NCBI GenBank assembly: GCA_902763905.1
Contig: CACWUA010000009.1
Coordinates: forward strand, 808-64,807
Source: an uncultured Pseudomonadota bacterium
Lineage (GTDB): Bacteria > Pseudomonadota > Alphaproteobacteria > RF32 > CAG-239
Reading direction: 5' to 3'
Length of the DNA: 64,000 nucleotides
Below, in pieces: positions 55,217 through 64,000 of the stretch; position 1 is the stretch's first letter, and each line of letters begins with the position of its first letter. A program made the position numbers and the translations under genes. The notes under the pieces were generated by a model. That model was given only the letters and a program-made list of their open reading frames with translations. It did no database searches and was not told the origin of the DNA.

Positions 55217-55310
55217 TTGCTATTTGCTTAAAAAAAGATTGATTTTTGTCAAAAATAGTGTATGATATGAAAAAATAAGCATTGCTGCAGATATATATGG
55301 GGGATTTGCC

Positions 55311-57902
55311 ATGAGTAAATTTAAGACAGTAAGAAATGGGCCGTCATACTATAATGACGGCATGGGTTCAGTTAATATATACGATGAAGAAAATGAATCC
55401 AATAATGTCAAAATCCATCAGGATAACTGTGTTATCAATGAAGCGCAAATCATCAAATTGTATGAGTTTATACGGCAAAATCCGCAAATAGAATCCATTA
55501 GCGTATACAATAAAAAATATGGCAGTTATGACAAAGCCGATGAGGAGATTATCGTGGCTTTCCGCGATAAAGACGGTAAGGAGTTCTCAATGCTGTTGTC
55601 GGAAATTCCCGCTGCCGAAAATCCGGAATTGGCGGCAGCACTCGCTGATGAGCCTGAAAGATTAAAACGTGAAGAAGCCAAGAGGAAAAAAGATTTTGAA
55701 AGAGCTTTGCTGGAAAAAAATAATCCTTATGTAAAACATAGTGACAGATATATTCAAAAGCATTCCGTTGTTCGTAAAAATGAGGGTAAAGCTGAAACCA
55801 GAGTTCAGTTTTTAGGCGGTAATAACCCGTACCGAATCGGTGCCAGTTCAATTATGGTTGAACATAACGAGCCGGGCAAGCCGACCGTCCGTATTTTGAT
55901 TGATGACGGTGCGATGTTTCCGCCGGATTGGATAAGCTATAATTCGGCGATTCCGGATATGCGTCCGTATTTTGAAAATCCGTACAGTCAGGCAGATAAG
56001 CCGATTGATGCCATATTTATTACACACTGCCACGAAGACCACATCGGTGCTTTGATATATTTGGCAGCAGCCAAATTTAAGCTTCCGACCATTTATACCA
56101 GCGAGTATACGGCTCGTCTTATTCGTGACCAGATGAAGAATAACAGCGTGCCGGAAGAATTTATGCCGAAAATTGAGATTATTCATCAGGGCGAAAGTGT
56201 GGAAATCGGTGATAATATGCGAGTTTCACCGATGAATGTTTCGCACTCTACCGCCGGTCCGTTGGCTTTTCATATTGCAACCAAAAGCAAAAGCGGAGAA
56301 TACAAAGAAGTTGATATATTGGGTGCGATGATGTCCGGCGACTATCACTTGGATAAAGTGCCGTTCGGTGCCGGATATAATGAAGAAGACCATAAAGAAT
56401 TTATGAAAGATAAGTTTGTAAATGCAATTATGCAGGATTCTACTTCTTCTGCCACCGAAATGGTTGATGAACAAGGTGAAAGACAAATTCCGGATTTTGA
56501 TAAGGCATACGAAAATACTTTGCGCGAAGTGCAAAAATATCCGGATATGCAGATTTTTTCGCCGGTTATTGCCCGTAGTGTGGAAAATTTGGCGATTGAT
56601 ATCAAAGTCGCTGCCGAAAACGGTCGCACGGTTTTAATCGGCAGTCGCGGTTTGCGTCAGGCGGTGAAAGATTTGTTGGAAGTTACCCGCAATAAAGATA
56701 AGTGGATAAAAGACCGCGTAGCGCAGATTAAACAGGAAATACTTAATTATCACAATGAAATCGATGCCGAAAACGGCAATAAAGTTCGCACGGTTATCTC
56801 CAATGAAAAATTGCTGACGGAAGATGTTATGCGTGAAGCCGATGCCATAACCGAATTGATGCGGCTTCCGTCGGGAGAAATCGTTGACTTGGAAAAGGTT
56901 ATATATAATGCGCACGACTTGGAACATACCGATATTGAAAAATATTTAAGCAAGTATCCGCGGGAACAACGCTATATGATTATCAGCGGAGCGTTTGCCG
57001 AAAATAAAGACGGCCGCAAGTCTACGCTGGTGATGATTAGCGAACAGGATAAGGTAACGACGGATGATAAAGGCAGAATTAAGGGCAAAGGAATGAGCGG
57101 GCATCCGCTGTTTACGGCCGATGATAAAACTCTGTTTTTCTTGCGGCAACGTCCGATTGAATCAATTAACGGACCGCAACATCGAGCGGTGGTTGCCAGA
57201 TTGCAGAGTTTGGGCTCAACCGTGATTGTTAACGGCGATTCGATTGATGAAAAATATCAGCGCACCGGGCACGCCACATTGCAGGAAACGCAAAAATATC
57301 ATGAAACAACGGTAAAATATTGTAAGAATCACCACGAAATCGAGGACGGAACCACACAACTTTATAATGTTGCGGTGCACGGCGATCCGGAACAATTGGC
57401 GGCAACGGCAAAAGTTTTGCGTAATTATAAAGGCAAACCGATGTTATGCTTCAATTCCGATGTGTTGGTATTTACTCCGGACGGAATGTATAAAGAAAAA
57501 GGGATTCCGTTTGAACAGCAAGAGTGGCTTTGTGTGCAGGCGATGAGTATTGCCGGTTCGGGCTCCAATAATTTGTTTGTGTTTGATTTGTGTGACCATA
57601 ATCTGATGCAAAAAGAGCATTTGTTCACGGTTATCAATGTGCAATCGGCCAAAGGCAATCGGTTGGATAAGGATTATATGACCGACAGAATGATTGAAAA
57701 CGCCGAAAAACTGATAGAGGATGAGGGCGGTTCCATGTCTAACGCAGTGATTCGTTTCCGCAAACAGAATAAAGATTTTCGCGGTAAAACCGAGGAAATG
57801 AGTTATGAAGAATATAGGGAAATGAAGGCGCGCGAGCCGAAAGGAAAGTTTAATCGCAAGCGCAAATTCAGCAAACGCGGCGGCAAAGGTTACGAATATT
57901 AA
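55311..57902 (+). CDS. rnj: RNase J-family metallo-beta-lactamase/beta-CASP ribonuclease with a long N-terminal extension and basic tail
   Basis: ITHCHEDHIGAL (HxHxDH). VQFLGGNNPYRIGASSIMVEH start of the MBL domain at about residue 165. 863 aa in total. Confidence 0.75.
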   Translation: MSKFKTVRNGPSYYNDGMGSVNIYDEENESNNVKIHQDNCVINEAQIIKLYEFIRQNPQIESISVYNKKYGSYDKADEEIIVAFRDKDGKEFSMLLSEIPAAENPELAAALADEPERLKREEAKRKKDFERALLEKNNPYVKHSDRYIQKHSVVRKNEGKAETRVQFLGGNNPYRIGASSIMVEHNEPGKPTVRILIDDGAMFPPDWISYNSAIPDMRPYFENPYSQADKPIDAIFITHCHEDHIGALIYLAAAKFKLPTIYTSEYTARLIRDQMKNNSVPEEFMPKIEIIHQGESVEIGDNMRVSPMNVSHSTAGPLAFHIATKSKSGEYKEVDILGAMMSGDYHLDKVPFGAGYNEEDHKEFMKDKFVNAIMQDSTSSATEMVDEQGERQIPDFDKAYENTLREVQKYPDMQIFSPVIARSVENLAIDIKVAAENGRTVLIGSRGLRQAVKDLLEVTRNKDKWIKDRVAQIKQEILNYHNEIDAENGNKVRTVISNEKLLTEDVMREADAITELMRLPSGEIVDLEKVIYNAHDLEHTDIEKYLSKYPREQRYMIISGAFAENKDGRKSTLVMISEQDKVTTDDKGRIKGKGMSGHPLFTADDKTLFFLRQRPIESINGPQHRAVVARLQSLGSTVIVNGDSIDEKYQRTGHATLQETQKYHETTVKYCKNHHEIEDGTTQLYNVAVHGDPEQLAATAKVLRNYKGKPMLCFNSDVLVFTPDGMYKEKGIPFEQQEWLCVQAMSIAGSGSNNLFVFDLCDHNLMQKEHLFTVINVQSAKGNRLDKDYMTDRMIENAEKLIEDEGGSMSNAVIRFRKQNKDFRGKTEEMSYEEYREMKAREPKGKFNRKRKFSKRGGKGYEY

Positions 57903-57931
57903 AGATTTTTTCATTGTTGACAAAAAAGATG

Positions 57932-57960
57932 TTGCAAACCGCAAAAGTTTGTGCTACAAT
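57932..57960 (+). promoter_or_regulatory. Candidate sigma70-type promoter
   Basis: TTGCAA, 17 nt spacer, TACAAT. About 275 nt upstream of the next ORF. Confidence 0.4.
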
Positions 57961-58236
57961 GCTTTTACAAAAATACATATTGTGGAGGTTATTATAGGAA
58001 TTATTGTCAATGAAAACAGAAATTCTTCATACCTCCGCATATTTTTCAAAAAATATGTTTCACTTGTAGCAAACTGGGACGATTAGTCTGTTGCACACAT
58101 AAATAACGTAATCACGAACTGTATCCGATCGGCCTAAGACGATATGTCCAAAGGTGTAGTAGCTCGGTATATAAGTCGAAAGATGCGTTGTGAAGGTGTG
58201 TGATAAGGAATAGTGTTAAGTGCTACGCAAAAAAAA

Positions 58237-58797
58237 ATGAATATGGGTAAGAGAATTTTATGTTTCGTCTGCGCACTCATCTGCGCAGTAATGAGCCTTT
58301 CGGCTCAGAAGTTTTTTGAGATCACAGATCTCAAAGCCCAACCGAATGGTACCGAGTTCGAGGTGGTTGCCGGTGCCCAAAGACTGCGGGTAAACCCGAT
58401 CGTATTTGGTCGGGTAGAAAAAAACCCGGCGGCGTATTTTCTCGCCATCTATGTCGGCGAGAAAACGTCAAAGATTACTGTCGTCCGTAAAGCGGATGTA
58501 CAGTATATAGTGACGGAGGTGGTCTCCGTCGAGAAAAAAAATAACAAGTGGGCTGTTAAGCTCGCTTCCGGTGAGTTTGATGTGTATACATCATCCAATC
58601 CGGAATGGGAGACGGTACAGCCTGGACAGCACGTCTCTTACTGCACTTTCGTCGGTGAGACAAAAGCGTTGGCAGTTAAGCCCCATACGGTTGGGCGAGA
58701 CGTGGAGCTGACCGATAAAGTTCCGGTGTCTCCGAGTCCAGAGGTACCGATTATTCTCCTCGACAAGGAGAATAAAATAATCGGTGTAAATCTGTAA
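58237..58797 (+). CDS. Hypothetical secreted protein in a visibly GC-richer segment
   Basis: Signal peptide MGKRILCFVCALICAVMSLSA. Codon usage (GTC, CTC, GGC, CCG) differs from neighbouring genes. Confidence 0.6.
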   Translation: MNMGKRILCFVCALICAVMSLSAQKFFEITDLKAQPNGTEFEVVAGAQRLRVNPIVFGRVEKNPAAYFLAIYVGEKTSKITVVRKADVQYIVTEVVSVEKKNNKWAVKLASGEFDVYTSSNPEWETVQPGQHVSYCTFVGETKALAVKPHTVGRDVELTDKVPVSPSPEVPIILLDKENKIIGVNL

Positions 58798-58838
58798 TTT
58801 CAGACCAAAGACACAGCGGTGTCTGAGGTTTCAAAGTA

Positions 58839-58878
58839 AATCCCGCGCTTTTAATCAAGGCGCGGGATTCGCTATTTT
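58839..58878. terminator. Bidirectional terminator hairpin
   Basis: AATCCCGCGC-ttttaatcaag-GCGCGGGATT between convergent genes. Confidence 0.6.
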
Positions 58879-58894
58879 AAATTCTCAAATTTTT

Positions 58895-59236
58895 TTAAGC
58901 CAAATTCGGCATCAGGTTTTTAACGTTTTGATTATAGTATTCTTCGGCCCATTGACGCATCGAATCGAGAACCGGCTTCAAATTATAGCCCAGATTGGTC
59001 AGCGTATATTCGACTTTTGGCGGAATTTGCGCATATACCGTACGAATCAGGATTCCCTTTTCTTCCAGTGCGCGCAAGTTAGCAGTCAGAACTTTCTGCG
59101 TAATATCGCCAAGCTCTTTTTTGATTTCGCCAAAGCGTTTGGTGCCGTCCATCAGTTCTTGTATAATCATCACTTTCCAACGGTCGCCCATGGTTTTGAG
59201 CGCCATTTCAACCAGATTTTGCGGCATTTCAATCAT
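58895..59236 (-). CDS. HxlR-family transcriptional regulator
   Basis: Start moved to MIEMPQN (GGGAG RBS). MGDRWKVMIIQELMDGTKRFGEIKKELGDITQKVLTANLRALEEKGILIRTVY..PPKVEYTLT. Confidence 0.85.
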   Translation of the reverse strand: MIEMPQNLVEMALKTMGDRWKVMIIQELMDGTKRFGEIKKELGDITQKVLTANLRALEEKGILIRTVYAQIPPKVEYTLTNLGYNLKPVLDSMRQWAEEYYNQNVKNLMPNLA

Positions 59237-59333
59237 TTTTCTGCTCCCAAAAAATAAACCTACACTTCCATAAATATCATGCAGGAACGCGGATTGCAAG
59301 CAAAAATATGGATTTTTCGCAAAAAACACCGCA

Positions 59334-59690
59334 CTATGCATACCAAGCATTGGGTATATGGCGAATCGAAAACGGCAGCTTAATTAATACAGCATCGAAT
59401 CTCATATTGCAGCAACGATATTGCGGATGGTTCTTGATAAAATTCTCGGCGCCGCGAATCAGCCGCTGTTGTTGATTGCGGCTAATGGCATAGGCAGCAT
59501 TGTCCAAGCTGGAGCGTTGTTTAACTTCAGTAAAAACCAGCAAATTACCGCGTTTGGCGATGAAATCTATTTCGCCGGCGGTGGTGCCGCGGCCGGAAAC
59601 ATAATTTTTTGCCACTATGCCGAAGCCGTGCAAACGCATATAGCAACGCGCCAGAAATTCCGCATATTTTCCGCGAGAATAGTTATTCAT
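59334..59690 (-). CDS. yraN: YraN-family (UPF0102) endonuclease-like protein
   Basis: Start moved to MNNYSRGKYAE, overlapping the rsmI stop by 8 nt. GEIDFIAKRGNLLVFTEVKQR. Confidence 0.85.
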   Translation of the reverse strand: MNNYSRGKYAEFLARCYMRLHGFGIVAKNYVSGRGTTAGEIDFIAKRGNLLVFTEVKQRSSLDNAAYAISRNQQQRLIRGAENFIKNHPQYRCCNMRFDAVLIKLPFSIRHIPNAWYA

Positions 59691-60516
59691 TTTTAAGCTC
59701 CAAAGCCAGAGCGTAGACTTCGTTTTTGTTGAGCCCGTATTGGGTACAAATTTCCTTAACCGCTGTTTTAAGCGAAGTTTCTTGCAGCCTTTTTTGCAAA
59801 ATCGGACGAATATCGGCCGCATTATGCGAATCGGCAATCGGCGGGGCTATCATCAACACAAATTCTCCGCGCGGTTCGTTTTGCTCAAAATATGCTATGA
59901 CTTCGGCAATAGTGCCACCGACAACTTCTTCATACATTTTAGTAAGTTCACGGGCAACTGCAATTTCACGTCCGGCAAAAATAGGTGCAGCCTGTTTCAG
60001 GGTTTTTAAAAGGCGCGGCGCGGTTTCATAAAAAATCAAAGTTGTATCTGTACTTTTTAGCTCATTGAATAAGTCGATGCGAGCTTTATCTTTGTTGGGA
60101 ATAAAACCGGCAAACATAAAGCGATTGGTCGGCAAGCCGGAGAGTTGTAAGGCAGTGATGACGGCGCAAGCACCGGGGATTGCCGTAACAAAAACGCTTT
60201 GTTCGCGGCATTTATGCACCAGTTTATAGCCCGGGTCGGAAATCAGCGGCGAACCGGCATCGGAAATCAAAGCAACCGAAGTACCTTCATTTATTAGGTC
60301 AATCAGGTTTTGTGCCTGTTTTGCTTCTGTGTGGTCTTCGTAGCGGATAAATTTTTTATCCAAAGGCAAGCCTAACAGGGAAAACAATTTTTTGGAAACA
60401 CGTGTGTCTTCGCAGGCAATAATGTCGGCTTGGCGCAGAATTTCTACGGCACGCGGCGATATGTCCTGCAGATTGCCGATGGGAGTGGCGATGATATACA
60501 ATCCGTTTCTTAACAT
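59683..60516 (-). CDS. rsmI: 16S rRNA (cytidine1402-2'-O)-methyltransferase
   Basis: LYIIATPIGNLQDISPRAVEILRQADIIACEDTR typical RsmI N-terminus. Confidence 0.95.
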   Translation of the reverse strand: MLRNGLYIIATPIGNLQDISPRAVEILRQADIIACEDTRVSKKLFSLLGLPLDKKFIRYEDHTEAKQAQNLIDLINEGTSVALISDAGSPLISDPGYKLVHKCREQSVFVTAIPGACAVITALQLSGLPTNRFMFAGFIPNKDKARIDLFNELKSTDTTLIFYETAPRLLKTLKQAAPIFAGREIAVARELTKMYEEVVGGTIAEVIAYFEQNEPRGEFVLMIAPPIADSHNAADIRPILQKRLQETSLKTAVKEICTQYGLNKNEVYALALELKNE

Positions 60517-60592
60517 TTTATTAAACTTTGACTTTACAAAAAGATTATTTGGAATTATTACTATGGCATATTGTTGGTTATTTTGAGGAAAA

Positions 60593-61855
60593 ATGCAAGT
60601 GTTAAAAAAAATTAGTCTGATTTTATGGTGTTTTTTGTTTTGCAGTTGCTCGATTTGGCAACGTACGCCGTTTTATCGGCCTTCATATCGTTATTTGCCC
60701 GATCAAAATTCAATGGAAATGGTTGAAACAACCGATTACTCTCAGGTGGATTTAGGACACGAAGGGAGTTTTAGAGTGGCAATGCTGTTGCCGCTCAGCG
60801 GCGCGGATGCCGGTATGGGGCAAAGCCTTAAAAATGCGGCAATGATGGCCATAGGTGATATTAACAACAATAATTTGGTGGTGCAGTTTTATGATACCAA
60901 AAGTACGGGAAGTGGAGCACGGATTGCTCTGGAAAATGCACTTAATGCCGACAGTGAGTTGATTTTGGGCCCGCTCAGAAGTGATGAAGTCGCTGCCATC
61001 AGCAGCGAAACCAGAGCAAAAAATGTGCCGGTTATCAGTTTCTCTACTTCTCCGAGTGTTTTACAATCGGGTGTATATTCTATCGGATTAATGCAGGATA
61101 ATCAAGTAGATCGAATCGTAAAATATGCGACTGATAACGGTCGTATGCGTATTGCCGCCGTGCTTCCGAGCAATCAGAACGGTGCCAATATATATCATTC
61201 ATTATTGAAGGCAGCGCGTAAGAACGGTGCAAACTTATCGAAAGTAGGTTTTTATTCTCCGGAAAGTATGGACTTTACGGGACTGGTTACGCAAATGAAA
61301 AGCGGCGGAGTCGATTTTGATGCCTTGCTTATTCCGGAGACAGGAAATCGTTTGAAAGCAATTTCTTCCATGTTTAGCTATTATGATGTGGCTGCGCCGG
61401 AAGTGCTGTTTATGGGGACTTCCGTATGGGATGGCAGCTCGCTCAGTAAAGAAACGGAATTATATGGTGCCGCTTATCCGGTGATGTCGCTTAAGAAACA
61501 GGCAAAATTTGCGCAAAAATACAATGATTTATTTGGTGAAAAACCGAGCGGATTGAGTATATTTGCGTATGATGCGGTGGCGTTGGCTTCGGTGTTATCA
61601 CGCAGCAATGGTAATATTTATGAGCAAATCGAACGTCCCGAGGGGTATAACGGTATGAGCGGTTCGTTCAGAGTTTTTGCCAATGGTTTGAATGAACACG
61701 GATTGGATGTGGTAAAAGTTTCGTCTGGTGGAAAATATGTGGCTGAATATGCTCCGGAACAATTTTACGCTTATCCGCAGGCTTATGAAAGTGCCGATGC
61801 CGACGGTTATATGATGACACCGCAGATTGTCGGTAATGCTCCGGCCGGATTGTGA
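60593..61855 (+). CDS. Periplasmic-binding-fold lipoprotein (LpoA/LppC-like penicillin-binding protein activator family)
   Basis: Signal peptide with Cys. Type I periplasmic-binding-protein-like sequence. Divergent from rsmI, as in many Proteobacteria. Confidence 0.6.
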   Translation: MQVLKKISLILWCFLFCSCSIWQRTPFYRPSYRYLPDQNSMEMVETTDYSQVDLGHEGSFRVAMLLPLSGADAGMGQSLKNAAMMAIGDINNNNLVVQFYDTKSTGSGARIALENALNADSELILGPLRSDEVAAISSETRAKNVPVISFSTSPSVLQSGVYSIGLMQDNQVDRIVKYATDNGRMRIAAVLPSNQNGANIYHSLLKAARKNGANLSKVGFYSPESMDFTGLVTQMKSGGVDFDALLIPETGNRLKAISSMFSYYDVAAPEVLFMGTSVWDGSSLSKETELYGAAYPVMSLKKQAKFAQKYNDLFGEKPSGLSIFAYDAVALASVLSRSNGNIYEQIERPEGYNGMSGSFRVFANGLNEHGLDVVKVSSGGKYVAEYAPEQFYAYPQAYESADADGYMMTPQIVGNAPAGL

Positions 61856-61935
61856 AAATTATCGATGAATGTGCAATAAGTCAGTTTTTTTCTTGCAAAA
61901 TCGGCAGTTTTGCGCAATATGAATAAAGGTTTTAT

Positions 61936-62021
61936 GAAGGGCTCAGGGTTACGCTGTCGCCAACTCGGTCAGGTTCGGAAGGAAGCAGCCGTAACGATGA
62001 GTGTAAGGTCTGAGTTCCTTC
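61936..62021 (+). ncRNA. ffs: Signal recognition particle 4.5S RNA
   Basis: Contains the conserved GGTCAGGTTCGGAAGGAAGCAGCC domain IV motif. The 5' GAAGGGCTCAG pairs with the 3' CTGAGTTCCTTC. Sits directly upstream of dnaX. Confidence 0.8.
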
Positions 62022-62044
62022 ACCTCAAAATTTAAGAAGGTTAA

Positions 62045-63715
62045 ATGGCAGAAACAAACGAAAATAGTCAGTATGTGGCTTTGGCACGCAAATATCGTCC
62101 GCAAAATTTTGAAGATTTGCTGGGACAGGATGCTTTGGTGCAGACTTTGACCAATGCCATAAAAAGCAATCGCTTGCATCACGCATATATCTTGACCGGT
62201 ATTCGCGGTGTGGGAAAAACTACAACAGCCCGTTTGATTGCCCGTGCCATAAACTGTATAGGGCCTGACGGTAATGGCGGGCCGACAATTCATCCTTGCG
62301 GTGAATGCGAAAACTGCAAAGCAATAGCCGCTGACAGACATATTGATGTGATTGAATTGGATGCCGCTTCCAAAACAGGTGTTGATGATATGCGCGAGAT
62401 TTTGGACGGCGTGCGTTATAAACCGGTAAGCGCTCGATATAAAGTTTATATAATTGACGAAGTGCACATGCTCTCAAAAAGTGCGTTCAATGCATTGTTG
62501 AAAACACTTGAAGAGCCGCCGGCTCATGTCAAATTTATTTTTGCTACAACAGAAATTCGTAAAGTTCCGGTAACTATTTTATCACGCTGTCAACGTTTTG
62601 ATTTGCAGCGCTTGAGTATTGAGACGTTGATGGCTCTTTTCCGTAAGGTGCTGACGGCAGAGAATCTGGAATTTGAAGAAGAGGCTTTGCATGCGGTGGC
62701 ACGAGCGGCAGATGGTTCGGCACGTGACGGTTTATCGATGCTGGATCAAGCCATAGTATTGGGAGACGGTAAAGTGTCGGCACAAACCGTTAAAGATATG
62801 TTGGGATTGGCAGACAGACAGCAAAGCGGTATGCTTTATGAACAGCTTTTGAGCGGTGATGTGGCAGCGGTTTTGAATACGCTGCAGTCGCTTTATACCG
62901 ATGGAGCAACGCCGATGCTGGTGTTGCAAGATTTGATTGAACTAACCCATTTGGCCGCTAAAGTAAAGGTTTTACCAGAATTCATCAATGATGCTTCACT
63001 GAGCGAAACAGATCGTGAATTATGTAAAAAAATCAGCAATGCTCCGATGAGTATTCTATCAAAAATCTGGCAGATGCTGATTAAAGGTTTGAGTGAATTA
63101 CAGTATGCGGCGGTGCAGATTGATGCATTGGAAATGATATTGATACGCATAGCTTATTCCGCTTCTCTTCCTACTCCTGCGGCATTGCTTGAGGAATTAA
63201 AAAAAAAATCAAGACTGAAAGCTGATGCCGGAGGTTTGGTTCATGAGGATGCAGCTCTCGGACATGCCGAAGCTATGGGAATTACATTAGATTCAACAGA
63301 TGATCTGCTTAAACTAATGTCGGCAAAAAAAGTACCGATGCTGATGTTTGCAGTTAAAAACGATATATCGTTCAAATCCTTTTCTCATGGGCATATTCAT
63401 ATAGCTGTTTCTGAAAAAGCAGATAAAAATTTGGTTATGAATTTTCGCTCGTTTTTGGAGAGAGAAACCGGTACCCCGTGGCAAATTGATATAGACTACG
63501 AACCGCTGGGAGAAACATTGGCTTTTATAGAGGCTAAGGAATTAAATCGCGATAAGAAAAATATCTCTGAATATCCTTTGGTAAAAGCTATACTTAGTGA
63601 ATTTAACGGTGCTAAAATAGAAACAATTATACGTCGTCAGATTCAAGAGGCAGAGGATGAAGCTCCGGCAGAGTTTGCGGCGGAAGAAACAACAACGGAA
63701 ATTTATGAGGATTAA
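62045..63715 (+). CDS. dnaX: DNA polymerase III subunit gamma/tau
   Basis: HAYILTGIRGVGKTTTARL Walker A. Zn module CGECENC. VYIIDEVHML. Confidence 0.95.
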   Translation: MAETNENSQYVALARKYRPQNFEDLLGQDALVQTLTNAIKSNRLHHAYILTGIRGVGKTTTARLIARAINCIGPDGNGGPTIHPCGECENCKAIAADRHIDVIELDAASKTGVDDMREILDGVRYKPVSARYKVYIIDEVHMLSKSAFNALLKTLEEPPAHVKFIFATTEIRKVPVTILSRCQRFDLQRLSIETLMALFRKVLTAENLEFEEEALHAVARAADGSARDGLSMLDQAIVLGDGKVSAQTVKDMLGLADRQQSGMLYEQLLSGDVAAVLNTLQSLYTDGATPMLVLQDLIELTHLAAKVKVLPEFINDASLSETDRELCKKISNAPMSILSKIWQMLIKGLSELQYAAVQIDALEMILIRIAYSASLPTPAALLEELKKKSRLKADAGGLVHEDAALGHAEAMGITLDSTDDLLKLMSAKKVPMLMFAVKNDISFKSFSHGHIHIAVSEKADKNLVMNFRSFLERETGTPWQIDIDYEPLGETLAFIEAKELNRDKKNISEYPLVKAILSEFNGAKIETIIRRQIQEAEDEAPAEFAAEETTTEIYED

Positions 63716-63719
63716 TAAT

Positions 63720-64000
63720 ATGTTTAATATTCAAGGTATTATGAAACAGGCTCAGCAAATGCAGCGCAAAATGCAAGAAACACAAGCCAAATTAGGGCAA
63801 GAAGAACGCGATGGTACTTCCGGCGGCGGTTTGGTTAAAGTTGTGTTGAACGGTAAATCGGAAATGAAGAGCCTGAGTATTGATAAATCTTTACTTAATC
63901 CGGAGGAAGTTGATGTGCTGGAAGATTTGATTTTGGCAGCTTATAATGATGCGCATCAAAAAATCGATGTGATGATGGATGAGGGTATGAAAGAAGCAAC
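63720..64000 (+). CDS. ybaB: YbaB/EbfC nucleoid-associated protein; the 3' end runs off the window
   Basis: MKQAQQMQRKMQETQAKL...GGGLVKVVLNGKSEMKSLSID typical YbaB. dnaX-ybaB synteny. Confidence 0.9.
   Translation, partial: MFNIQGIMKQAQQMQRKMQETQAKLGQEERDGTSGGGLVKVVLNGKSEMKSLSIDKSLLNPEEVDVLEDLILAAYNDAHQKIDVMMDEGMKEA

Noticed and set aside
57444-57944. 166-aa minus-strand ORF, plus several 60-110-aa minus-strand ORFs across 55549-57658
   Set aside because: All are antisense to the RNase J-like gene and are typical shadow ORFs.

Overview
The window looks like a low-GC alphaproteobacterial chromosome segment. The evidence is a DUF1013 protein, a DUF4164-like gene followed by zapA and a 6S RNA, ffs-dnaX-ybaB, opgG/opgH, efp, rpmE, accA and rsmI/yraN. 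Eukaryote-like genes (two ankyrin-repeat proteins, a MIF-type tautomerase, a J-domain membrane protein) suggest a host-associated lifestyle, but that is inference. It divides into two parts. Positions 1 to about 41100 are a mosaic of accessory DNA that starts at a tRNA-Pro gene and is interrupted only by opgG/opgH. From about 41100 onward it is ordinary core genome. The accessory part holds an AIPR abortive-infection gene and mobile-element debris. It also holds a phase-variable type I restriction-modification (RM) locus: a tyrosine recombinase, a promoterless hsdS half cassette and two inverted-repeat pairs. Into that tightly coupled hsdM-to-hsdR operon are inserted a RhuM/Doc-like gene and five uncharacterised, mostly membrane-protein genes. 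This is my top candidate for an undescribed RM-linked defence or abortive-infection module. Further right are a T5orf172 / Fic / Y-family polymerase gene string and a roughly 9.6 kb insertion. That insertion is bounded by a duplicated GNAT 3' end and has no recognisable integrase. It carries a WYL regulator divergent from a PD-(D/E)xK nuclease, two DnaB-C-terminal-like proteins, a DnaQ-like protein with substituted catalytic residues, and other unknowns. Other points worth a look are two split copies of the tRNA-Pro 3' end, a dispersed family of helically phased TTNCCGAA repeat arrays, and an in-frame TGA in a catalytically degenerate suhB-like gene. There is also an 81-bp in-frame tandem repeat in the DUF1013 gene, and 6S and SRP RNA candidates. 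All functional calls rest on motifs read by eye from the translations. No database search was run.
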